Source of the DNA: the human T2T-CHM13v2.0 reference genome, Homo sapiens
NCBI RefSeq assembly: GCF_009914755.1
Contig: NC_060946.1
DNA: 64,000 nt
Strand: one strand, 5' to 3'
The translations under genes and the position numbers were made by a program. Under the pieces are notes generated by a model, which saw only the letters and a list, made by a program, of their open reading frames with translations, had not been told where the DNA came from and did not search any database. Below, piece after piece: positions 24,121-36,018 of the stretch. Positions within the stretch are counted from its first letter, which is position 1. The number at the start of each line of letters is the position of its first letter.

Positions 24121-25219
24121 CACTTGGCTTCCAGTTTCCGGTGGGGGAGGGAGAGACCACCCACTCCCATTGCCTCTCCGAGTGCACTTCCCTGACCCCC
24201 AAAAATTATCCGCATGGGGTACTCTGGGGCCATCCTTTTAGTCCAGGCATCGCTGCCACTCCAGCAAACCTCAATGGGAGATTCCCACAACCCCAGGTCC
24301 CAGCACTGCTGCCACCTGCGCTAGCCCAGCTTTGGGACCTGAAAGATGACAGACGGGCTAACCTGGCCACATGCAGGGAGATGGCATGCGTGACCTCCTG
24401 CAGAACCCATTGGCCAAGCGCCGTGATGGAGGCCTGTGGAAGGAGGTTGAGGGGCTTCCCCGGCACTGGGGGAGGCTCCTGGCCCCCAGAGTCCCTGCCC
24501 CTGCGCCATGGTTTTCGTGGCTTCCTCTGCAGCGCCCAGCTGTGTTCAGTTTCCCTGAGGAGAGCCCGAAGTCAGATTGACTCGGTGCCGCGCACACCCA
24601 AAGCCCATCTAGCCTGATTCGGCTAGCCTGATTCAGGGCGAACGAGCGCCAGAGTCCCGCAGACCCTGCTGCGCCAAGCCTGGTCTGTCCTCAGTGGGCA
24701 AGACCCAGACCCACAGCCAGATCGCTGTCCAGGCCAGGCTCCCTGCCTGCTCTGTGCTTTCTCAGCCCTGGATGGCTCCCGGTGCTGCAGGCGGATGGGA
24801 CAGGGAAGAGCTCAGTCCCCGAGGACCAGCAGGGACTGCGGCCACCAAGGCGAGAGTCTGTGTATGCATCCGGCTGCCCTGTCCCACCTGGCCAAGCCTG
24901 GGTAGGGACCTCGAGCTCAGAGCCTGCCTCCCCTGCCCGCCGCAGTCCCGCCAGACCCCCGCCCCTGATCCCTTCTTAATCCCTCCAAATCCCTGAACCT
25001 TTGCCACGACCCCGGTGCAGGTCATTCCTGGGCCCCTCGATCTGAGGCCCCCGGTGCCGCCGAGCCCCGTGCGCCGATGGGGAGGGTTCCCAGATAAAAG
25101 GGACATTGGGGATCAGCACACACAGGGGAACCGAGACACAGGAAAAAGTGAAATGGCAATAGCAGCTCCACCCCTGGGTGGCCCCTGCTCCCCAGAGCCC
25201 CACTCTAGGGCAGCCACCC

Positions 25220-25960
25220 CCATTTCACGGCCTGGAAGCTGGACGCGGGGAGCAGGAGGGTCTGGCCTGGCCCTCGCAGCCAGTGGCGGGCGCGGGCGCG
25301 GGCGCAGCTCGGGCGCGGGCGGATGCTGCCACCCGGCGGCGGCACTGAGGGAGCTGGGACTCAGGCGCGCAGGGGCTGGAGGTGGCGGGCGGCGGAGCCA
25401 CGCCAGGCCCCGGGGCCATGAGGCAGGAACCCCATCCCCTCCCGGAGCCCGGGACCCTGTCCCCACTGCCGCCAGCCTCAGTCTCGGCGCCCTTTAATTG
25501 GGCGGATCGCCAGGAGCTGTCGGGCTGTGGCGGAGCTGGAACCACAAGGACTGCACCGGCGGCCTCCCTGCGGCGGGTCTGGGGGCTTGAGCCCCGACCC
25601 AGCCGCGCCAACCTCCACCCGATCTTCTTCCGGCCCGAGGTGGGGTCGGCTCTGGGACCGGCCGGGCGGGGTTCATCCGGGAGAGGAGGGGGTTACGGTC
25701 GGTGGGCGGGATGCCCGGGTTCGTTCGCAGCCTCGGCTGCGTCTCAGTGCCTCGGTTTCCCCGGGAGAGCGGGAGGCGGAGCCGCGCCTCGGAGCGCAGA
25801 GGGACCGCGGCGTGGTGCTGCCCCCTGTCGGCCGCGGGGAGAGCCGGCGTGCGGAGAAGGGCGCGGAGAAGGGCGGGGCTGAGCGGGGTCCGGGCTGCTC
25901 TCAACCCAGCGAGTCGCTCCCACCACGGGGTCCGGTTTCTCCGTCGTGGTCTCCGAAGGT
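25220..25960. promoter_or_regulatory. Upstream CpG island
   Basis: CpG-dense, GC-box-rich block ~1.5-2 kb upstream of exon 1a. Confidence 0.75.
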
Positions 25961-26016
25961 CTTTGAATGGCTCCAAGGTTGGGGAAATGTGGGGTGGGAG
26001 GAGCTCACAGCCCACG

Positions 26017-27046
26017 CGCACACAGCACACATACACCACACTCAAACAACACACATACACCACACACAAACACAACACACACCACACACACACACACGAC
26101 ACACACACGCACACACGACACAAAACACACATACACCACACACAACACACTCCACTCAAAAACACACCACACACCACACACAACACACACACATACACCA
26201 CACACAAACACAACACAGACCACGCACACCACACACACACAAAACACACGACACAAAACACACATACACCACACACAACACACTCCACACAAAAACACAC
26301 CACACACAACACACACAACACACACCACACATAACACACACACACCACAAACACACAATACACAAATCACACAACACATGCAACACACATAACACACACA
26401 ACCCAGAAACATACACCACACAACACACACCACACAAACACCACACATACCATACACACAGCACATACCAGAAATCACACAAACACACAACACTCGACAC
26501 ACCACACAAACGCAACACACAACACAACACACACTACACACACAGCACACAAACACAGCACACACAACACACAAACACAACCCACAACACACAGCCACCA
26601 TATAACACACACACAACACATACAAAACACAATACACACCCAACACACAACACAACACACATACACCACACGCAAACACAACACAACAGACACATGCAAT
26701 GCAATACACACAACACACTATGCACAAACACATCACACACAACACACAACACACACATCACAAACACAAAAAACACAACTCACACAACGCACATAACACA
26801 TCACACACACATTAGACATAACACACATGAACACACCACACCACACACACAACACACACATAGCACACCACCCACAACACATACACAGCACACACACACC
26901 ATACAGACACACCACACATACACAACACAAATACACACACAACACACCACACACACAACACATGAACACCACACACACAACACAACGCATACACGCCACA
27001 TTCATACACCATGCACCCATACCACACCACACTCACACCACACACA
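26017..27046 (+). repeat. Degenerate (CA)-rich low-complexity tandem repeat, ~1 kb
   Basis: Almost only C and A (CACACAA/CACCA/CATA variants). Source of the H/T- and C/V-rich pseudo-ORFs. Confidence 0.97.
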
Positions 27047-27420
27047 GGCAGCAGGAGTCCCCAGGGCAACAGGGCAGCTGTGTCTGAGCCTCCACCCAGC
27101 TGGGGCTCCAAAGGCTGGTCCCAGGCCTCAGAGGTCTGCATGACCACAGGCAGGTCCACTGTCCCCCCATATGGGATCATGGCTCTGATCATCTCGAATG
27201 TGAGGGTGGCCGGGATCCAGGCCCAAGGGTCCCCACGCCTGTTGTGGGTAGGGGGTGATTGAGTGGGCGGAGGTGGAGCCTATGCTTCTGCTGGGAGTGG
27301 AAGCCTCTCTGGTTCCCAGTCAGCATGGAGAACTGTCAAGGCCTGATGTCTCCAAAGTCAGGACACCCTGGGGCCCCAGATGGTCACCTCTGGGCTCCAT
27401 GGAACTCAGCTACTTCTTAC

Positions 27421-27754
27421 CTGTGTGTGCTATGTGTTTCTGTGTTGTGTGTTTTGTGTGTGGTGTGTGTGTGGTGTGTGTGGCGTGTGTTGTTTGTGTG
27501 GCGTGTGTTGTTTGTGTGGTGTGTGTGTGGTGTGTGTTTGTGTGTTGTGTGTTGTGTGGGTGTGTGTGCATATGTGGTGTGTGTGTTTGTGTGTGTTGTG
27601 TGTTGTGTTTGTGTGTTGTGTTTGTGTGTTGTAAGTTTGTGTGCTGTGTATGTGTTGTGTGTGGTGTGTATGGTGTGTGTGCATGTGTCATGTGTGCATG
27701 TGTGTGGTGTGTGTGTGTGTGGTGTGTGTTGTGTGTGGCGTATGTTTGTGTGTG
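27421..27754 (+). repeat. Degenerate (TG)-rich repeat, inverse orientation to the CA block
   Basis: TG/TGG/TTG variants. 27638-27659 is the exact reverse complement of 26873-26894. Confidence 0.95.
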
Positions 27755-27862
27755 ACCGCAGGTAGAACTGTCAATGTCCCCAGCCTGGGCATAGTAATCA
27801 TGAGCCCACACTCCATGGGGTTCTTCTGACAGGGGAATGAGTTAACTCAAAAATGATTGACC

Positions 27863-28512
<650 letters not shown>

Positions 28513-29301
28513 CTAAAAACAAGTACAGTGCCCAGTGCACACGGGCCTTCAATCAGTGCATGTTCTATGTCCTGACCCTACAGGCCTGTGCCAGGCAGAG
28601 CTTAGGTTGTGGCCCAAAAAGACAAGCCAGGTGCCTGATCCCACTGCCAGACCACCTCCCTCCACTAGCCCCACAGTTCCCAGAGAAGGCTGAGAGGAGC
28701 TGACTGTGGGGTGGCCATAAGTAGGACCAGTCCCTAATTGCATGGGGCGTTGGGGCAAGCATCCATGTGCCCTGCCCAGGTCTCCTTGAAGTGCAGGAGT
28801 GTAGGGGAGAAGCCCACCACACCTCCCTCCGCCAGGCCCATGGTGGACTCACAGGCGCCCTGGGGCCTCTTTCTTTTCTCTGGGCAGCAAGGACTCCGGA
28901 CTTTCTTTTTAAGCAGCTGCCTCTATTGGGTCTGCCTTCTCTGAACATGGAGGGTTTCTGGAGGAGGTGACCTGCAAGAAGCTGAGATCCGGAAGAGCAT
29001 GGCCCCTGTGGGGAGAGACAAGTTCCGTGTGGCTGGAGTGGAGGCAGAGCCTTGGTTGGCCACACAAGGATCCTGGGCTGGACCTTGAGCACGGTGTGAG
29101 CCATGAACTGGTTCCATACAGGGGAGCAACAGGGTCAGGTTTCCAATTTAGACAGCCCATGTGCCCATGACACCACATTGGCCCTTGGCCAGGGTCCTCC
29201 TCTGTGTCTTGCAGGTTAGACATCTTAAGGCCAGTGCCACATCTGACTTATCCCCACGTTCCCAGCATCTAGAACAGAGGTGAGGGTTTGGTGAGAGTGA
29301 A

Positions 29302-29750
29302 AGATGGATGGATGAATATATGTAATACTGGGAGGATGGATGGATGGATGCATGGACGGACAGATGGATGTTTAATACAGGATGGATGGATGGATGGATG
29401 GATGGATGGACGGACAGATGGATGTTTAATACAGGATGGTTGGATGGATGGATGGATGGATGGATGGACGGACAGATGGATGTTTAATACAGGATGGATG
29501 GATGGATGGATGGATGGACAGATGGATGTTTAATACAGGATGGTTGGATGGATGGATGGATGGATGGATGGACGGACAGATGGATGTTTAATACAGGATG
29601 GATGGATGGATGGATGGATGGATGGATGGATGGACGGACGGACAGATGGATGTTTAATACAGGATGGTTGGATGGATGGATGGATGGATGGACGGACAGA
29701 TGGATGTTTAATACAGGATGGATGGATGGATGGATGGATGGATGGATGGA
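29302..29750 (+). repeat. (GGAT)n-based VNTR with 46-66 bp units
   Basis: Seven tttaatacag anchors at 29371, 29425, 29483, 29529, 29587, 29653 and 29707, separated by GGAT/GGAC arrays. Confidence 0.97.
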
Positions 29751-30399
29751 TTTGCTGTGGGAGGAGAGAGCACACCCCCTACCTTCACCCTGCTCCATGT
29801 GGACCAGTGTGGGCTGTAATGATGGAATCAGGTCTGGGTGTGGTTTTCCTGAGATGTTCCCAGTTTTAGCCCTGGAAGTTCCACATCTCAGGAACCCCTC
29901 AGTACTGGGAGAACAGGGATGGTCGGTCACCCTAGATCTAAGATTATAAAAGGAAAGATGACTTCATCTTCAGTATTTTCCTGGGTACAAACAGTTTCTC
30001 TGGTGCCCTGGCAAGGGGCTTCTGGACTGGTCACACTGGGATGTGTTTTGTGTGGGAACGGGACTGTTAAAAGCGATTTAAATAATAGTAACAGCTCCCA
30101 TTTAGTGAACAGCTGCTGTGCCAGGCCTGTCCCAGCTGCTGGATCCCCCTGAGTCCTTGTGAGCTTACAAAGCAGGGCCTGTCCGCACCCTCGTGCTCTG
30201 GGTTCATTTGTCCTCCCACTGGAGAGGCATTTCTGAGCACCCGTGATGTTCCAGTCTGGAGTGAGGTCCTGGGATGTGGAGAGAACACGTCCCCACTTTG
30301 GGGGCTGGCAGGCTGGAGGGGGAGGTAAGGACACCGAGGTCACAAGATAAGGGCCTGGGGCCCGAGCCCAGCACTCGCACCTGTGAGTGCACATGTAAC

Positions 30400-31315
30400 C
30401 CAGCCTCTTCCCCAGGGGCTGCCTGCAGGGTGTGTTTGTGTCACTGTCACCAGAGTTGGAAGCTTGATTCCTTCACTACAAAGCCTCATCCCAGTTTCCC
30501 AAGATGGAATTCGAGAAGCTGCCCTCACTTCCTCATCCTTTCTGCTTCCCACACAGAATACACTCACAAGGCCTTCGGCCCTCATTCCAAAACAGATCCT
30601 GCTCCTACCCTCCCACCTCCACCACTGCTACCTACAGGTCTGAGTCCACCCAGAAGATGAAATAGGCCCCAGCTGCTCCTCTGCGTCCTCTCCTGACCTT
30701 CTGCAGTGCATCTTCCAGCCGGCAGCTGGAGGAGTTTTCGATAAATGCAAGCCAAATCAGGCCACTTCTCCTGCTTAAACCTTCTATGGCTCCCCATTGC
30801 TCTCTGAATAAATTCAAAGTCCCGATCTGGCCTGCAGCCTGGCATCTTCTGGCCCCTGCCTGTTCCTCAGTCTCATCATGTAAATGAGCCCGCTTCTTTC
30901 TCCTCTCCATTCTCCATGTTGTTCCTTCTGTTACTTGAACAAGTCCAGGGTGGTTCCTGCCCCAGGACTTTTGTATGTGCTCTCTTTTAGCACAGGGCTC
31001 TTCCTCTGGTTTTATGCAGCCTCAGCTTAAATGTCCCACATCAGAGGGGGCCCACACTCCTCCCCACAAACATACTCTCTGATAATTGCTACAATAACAC
31101 TTGCTGTTCCCTTGGTGACACTGAGGACACTATGTCATTATTTTTTCCTGTCTGTCTCCCACCAGTACATGAGCTCCACAGGAGTCATTGCAACACCTGC
31201 TTTGGTTACTGCTCTATCCCCAAGACATAAGACAGAACCTGGCATGTAGTCAGTGCTCAATTAAGCAACTATTGAATGAATGAATGAATGAATGAATGAA
31301 TGAATGAATGAATGA
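30400..31315 (+). mobile_element. L2 3' fragment ending in (TGAA)n
   Basis: L2 3' terminus (cctggcatgtagtcagtgctcaattaagc) followed by (TGAA)n at ~31273-31315. Confidence 0.8.
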
Positions 31316-31599
31316 TTTTCTAGGAAGCAGCTGGCATACATAACCAGCATTGCTATAAGCTGGAGAGGGCAGAGACCTGACCTGGACTTTTTTGAACTTG
31401 ACTTTGAGCCCAACTCAGCATGTCCAGTGTCACTCCATTCTTGCTGCCCTACCCCGGCTGCCTTCTTGCATCTTATGACTGGTGTGACTGACAAGCATTT
31501 CCTGAACCCCAGCAATTCCTGCTTGGGTGACACTGAACGTGTATTGGTTCCTTTAGATAAGGAGCAGGTGCTTGTTTGTTGCACCTGGCACAGTCTTGT

Positions 31600-31720
31600 G
31601 AAATGGTGCTACTGGACTCATTGTGTAGATGAGGAAACTGAGGTACAGAAGGAAGTGCTTGAAGTCACACAGATGGTGGAGCTGGGATTTGAACCCATGC
31701 TTGTCAGGCTCAGAGCTTGA
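31600..31720 (+). mobile_element. MIR
   Basis: gatgaggaaactgaggtacagaag...gtcacacag...gctgggatttgaaccc. Confidence 0.8.
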
Positions 31721-31904
31721 GCTCCTTCCACCGCATGGCCCAGCCTCCTGGAGTGGGGACTATGGGGTAAGGTGTTCACAATTTGCTGCCAGGACCCCCA
31801 GTCCTATGGCAAGAGGACATGAGGTCATGAGGAGCTCATGATGTCACTGGGCACACTCCAGCAGGACCAAGGCAGGTGCAGGGGGCCTGGAAGGGAATCA
31901 AGGC

Positions 31905-33070
31905 ATGGTGGACAGAATCCTAAACCACCCCAAGATGTCCTGCCCTAGTCCCAGGACCATGAGTATGAACCGACGTCACACCCATGGTTTTGTTGTCGTC
32001 TGTGGCAAAAGATGTAATTAAGGTTGCTAATCAGTTGCTGTGATGGTTAAGTGTCAACCTGATTGGATTGAAGGATGCGAAGTATTGTTTCTGGGTGTGG
32101 CCAGAGGAGATTAACATTTGAGTCAGTGGACAGAAGGGAACACCCACTCTCAGGAAGACCCACCCACAGTGTGCATGGGCACCATCAAATGGGCTGCCAG
32201 TGCAGCTAGAAAAAGCAGGAAGAAGAAAGTGGAAGAAGCTGGCTTGCTGAGTCTTCCAGCCTTCGTCTATCTCCCGTGCTGGATGCTTCCTGCCCTTGAA
32301 GATCAGACTCTAAGTTCTTCGGCTTTTGGACTCTTGAACTTACACAAGCAGTTTGCCAGGGGGTCTCAGGCTGGAGACTGAAGGCTGCACTGTTGGCTTC
32401 CCTACTTTTGAGGTTTTGAGACTCCAACTGATCTACCACTGGCTTTCTTGCTCCTCAACTTGCAGACGGCCTATCGTGGGGCTTCACCTTGTGATCATCT
32501 GACTCAATTCTCCTTAATAAACTACCTTTCTTATATACATACATCCTATTAGTTCTGTCCCTCTAGAGAACCCTGACTAATACAGTTGCCTTTGAGTTCG
32601 TCAAACAGAGATTTTTCCCGGTGAGCCTGGCCCCATCACGCAAGCCCTTTCCAGGCGCAGTTTTTACTGACTTGTGGCCAAAGGGCCATTCAGAGGGCTG
32701 TGAAGCATGAGAAGCCCTGTCATCGCTAGCTTCGGAGATGGAGGGGCCTTGAAGTGAGGAATGTAGGAGCTCTCTGAGCTGAGAGTGGCCCCTGGCTGAC
32801 AGCTGACCAGGAAATGGGCACCTCAGTCCTACAGCCACAAGGAACTGAATTCTACCAACAGCCCAAATGAGCTTGGAAGAGGATCCCTTCCAAAGCCTCC
32901 AGATAAGATCCAGCCCTGGGATGCCTTGATTGCAGCCTTGGGAGACCCTGAGCAGTGCAGGCATCCACGCCAGGCTGGAGTTCTTAAGTACAGAACTGTG
33001 AGCTAATAAATAGATGTGGTTGTAAGCCGCTCAGTTCGTAGTAATATATACACACTATAAAACAAACACA
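31905..33070 (+). mobile_element. MLT1 (MLT1E-like, ERVL-MaLR) solo LTR interrupted by MLT2A
   Basis: gatgtaattaaggttgctaatcagttg|ctttgagtt is colinear across the insertion. 3' end aactgtgagctaataaa...taagccgctcag. Confidence 0.8.
32039..32584 (+). mobile_element. MLT2A (HERV-L) solo LTR
   Basis: TGTGATGGTTAA...GAGAACCCTGACTAATACA termini. Perfect 5-bp TSD gttgc at 32034-32038 and 32585-32589. Confidence 0.93.
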
Positions 33071-33844
33071 GGAGGGCTTGGCCATGTGGCGATGGGGAGC
33101 AGAAGTTGAAATGATGGAGCCCTGTGAGCAATGGCTCCTGGAGGCCCAGCAGGTTATGGAGCAGAGGAAAGGGGGAGGCAAGGGCACACGCACAGACAGC
33201 CGGAGTGCCAGGCTAAGGAGCAGGACGTTACTTATGGTCACTGGGGAGCTACTGAAGATTTTGAGAGAGGGGGGCACCAGAGGTGGGCCCTGGATGGAGT
33301 GTCCCCAGCTTGCCTGACCAGCCAATTTTTAGCATTACCACAGGCCCACTTCTCCGAAATATCTCAGGGAAGGGGCTAGGAATCTGAATGTTTAATCAAC
33401 ACCCAGGTGGCTCCAGAGATCAAGCACAATTGGCAAATGATAGTTCTGGCAAACGTGTAAACTGCAGAAAGTTCCGTGGGAAGGTCCACACCCCAAGTCC
33501 TCTCAGTGTACACCCTGAGCCCCTAGGGGGTTCCCAGCCCTTGCCAAGGGAGGTGGAGGGCTCCTAGGGGAGAAGCAGTCCCTCCCAGGAGGGACAGAGT
33601 CCCCACTGGGGATGGGGAGCAGGGGCCACCTGGGGAGGAGGCTGCGGGCGTCAGATGATTTCCAGCAGGAGCCTGTGTGTGCCCACCAGGACCCCTCATC
33701 CAGAGAAGGGCAGACAGAGCTCTGGCATTTCTGGAGGGAGAATGAGGAGCCCCCAAAGGCAAATCCAGGAGCTTGACCCAATTCAGGGCAGAAGCTAAGG
33801 GATATCCAAGAGCCCAGGGAGCAGAAGGAGGGGGTGAGCACCAG

Positions 33845-34816
33845 TGACGGCAGTGGCTGCTCCAAGATGGCCTCCCACTGCCATCACACAGACTGCAGCA
33901 GGGAGGCATGGCCAGGGCCGCATACTCCATGGAGCAGGCCGGAGCCCCACCCTCCTAGGTGGGGCTGCAGCCGCCCAAATTGTGGCTGCAGATCTGAGCA
34001 TCCCTGTGCTCTTGGGACAGGAGCAGGCAAGAGCCCTACCCTCCCAGGCACAGCTGCAGCCACCACAACTGTAGCTGCAGACTCAGGAATTTCTGCACTC
34101 AGGGACCTGGGAAGGCCCCCACTGCCCTTGCAGGCTTGGAAGTGCCTGTTCCCACTGCCTGGCTTTTCCCTGCCGTCAGTGCCTGCTTTGATCTCAAAGC
34201 AAAGTCAGGGCCAAGCCCTGGTGCCATGAATGGCAGCAGGAGGCAGGCACATTCCTGGGAGGAAGGGGACGGGTCCCCCGTGAGGCTCCACCTTTAGGGC
34301 CAGGGAGGGCCTGAAGGCTGGAGGCTGGGCTTCCAGTCCCACCAACCTGAATGGGAATTTGTGGTGCCTTTTCTGGGCCTGCCCATGGCTACCCATGGAC
34401 CAATCTGCATGCACTTTCTCCCCTCTGAGGCCCATAAAAACCCTGGGCTCAGCCAGAGCTGAGCAGATTACAAGTTGATCAGCTGCTGAGAGGAGCTACC
34501 CTCTCTGCTGAGAGCTTCAGAGACCTGAGGAGATGTCAGAATAACCTGCCTGCAGAGAGGCACTACCCTCTCTGGGGCTTCCTCTCTGCGGAGAGCTGAA
34601 CACTCGATGGGACAACCTGCCTAGAAAGAGGAGCTACCCACTGCAGGTCTCCTCTGAGCTGTTCTAATACTCAATAAAGCTCCTCTTTGTCTTGCTTACC
34701 CTCTACTTGTCTGCATACCTCATTCTTCCTGGATGCAGGACAAAAACTCAGGCAAAGACGCCACTGGTCACAGAGGTTTCCAGCTAAAAAGACGACACCC
34801 AAAAGATCCTGTAACA
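33845..34816 (+). mobile_element. ERV1 solo LTR (MER52/LTR28 group)
   Basis: TG...CA termini. 4-bp TSD ccag at 33841-33844 and 34817-34820. CCAAT near 34400, cataaaaa at ~34433, AATAAA at 34673-34678. Confidence 0.85.
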
Positions 34817-35814
34817 CCAGGAGCTAGCATGGGTTCACTGGGAATGAAATGTGTAGGCTCCCTGTGACTTCTGACCTCTGTGAGGGTCATGAACCCAGGA
34901 GGTGAGGCATTTGACAGGGAGGCTCGGGACTGCCTCATAGACAAACTCACATCACATCTTCTATGTTAAAACAAATGCTCTGTGTCTCTAACAAAAGTCC
35001 TCTCCAGGACCAGGAGAGCTGAGGTCAGGCTGCCCAGCACATCCAGCTGCACCTTGACCAAAACTCCAGGCTGCCTGAGCCTGGCAGTCAGCCGAGAGAG
35101 GAGGTGATGAGGGCCAGGTGTGCTGAGTGAGGCTGAGGCAGGGGCGAGCCCCCATCTCTGCAGATGAGGATCTGGAGTCCAGGTGAGGCCTGGTCTGTGC
35201 TTGTCCATGAACCCCTTCCTCGGTAGGAGAGCCAAGGACCTGAGTCTGGAGAGGGATGCTCCTGGCCCTCCCTGACCCCAACATACAATCACTCCTCGCC
35301 TGTGGCAACCGACCAGCACCGCCCTGATGGGGCAGCTCCAGGACCCTGGCTAAGCTGGGTTTGCTGGTGGGCAAAAGCAATGTGCCCTGGGCAGTCCTTT
35401 ACCTCCTCCTTCCATGAGGGTCACTTTGACCTCCACCCTGCACTGATGACTGCTGGTGGAAGATCCAGGTTTGAGCTTTGAGGGAGGAGGAGGGAAGGCC
35501 CTTTCCAGTGCCTCCCACCACAGAATGAAGAGTCCTTTGATTTCCTGCTTGAGTCCCTCATGGGGAGAAGATGGATGCCCAAGGCTGAATCTGAGCCTTC
35601 CAGAGTTCCCTGCATAAAGCCCACCCTCTAAAAGTGCCACGACCCAGTGGGACTAACCTAGCACATGATGCCAGAGTGCCCAGCACCCAGGGCTGAGGCT
35701 GGGTTAGGCCACAAAGGCCACCGAAAGCCAGGCCACCATTTGGACCTCATCCTTCTAGGCAAGGGCCCGACACCGAGCACTCAGCTGCCTGTCTCCGCTG
35801 GGGCTTCTTGTGGC

Positions 35815-36018
35815 TGCACCATGGGCATTCAGGGCAGGATCGTTCCCTGTGGTGGGGACCGTCTGTGCCCGGTAGGATGTTCAGCAGCGTCTCTGGCCTC
35901 TGCCCACTAGACGCTTTTAGCACACAGCATCCCCTGAGGTATGACAACAAAACGTATCCCCAGACATTGCCAAATGTCTCCCGGGGAGCAGAATTGGCTC
36001 CAGTTGAGAACCACTGGT
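35815..36018 (-). mobile_element. MER20 (hAT-Charlie DNA transposon)
   Basis: Minus strand reads cagtggttctcaac...ggagacatttggcaatgtctgg...gaggccagagacgctgctgaacatcctac, matching MER20. Confidence 0.85.

Noticed and set aside
25527-27143. 538-aa His/Thr-rich ORF and overlapping Cys/Val-rich ORFs
   Set aside because: Translation of the degenerate CA repeat, which lacks stop codons by composition.
29302-29750. Anchor-plus-spacer array superficially like a CRISPR
   Set aside because: The spacers are GGAT microsatellite rather than unique sequence, this is human DNA, and there are no cas genes.
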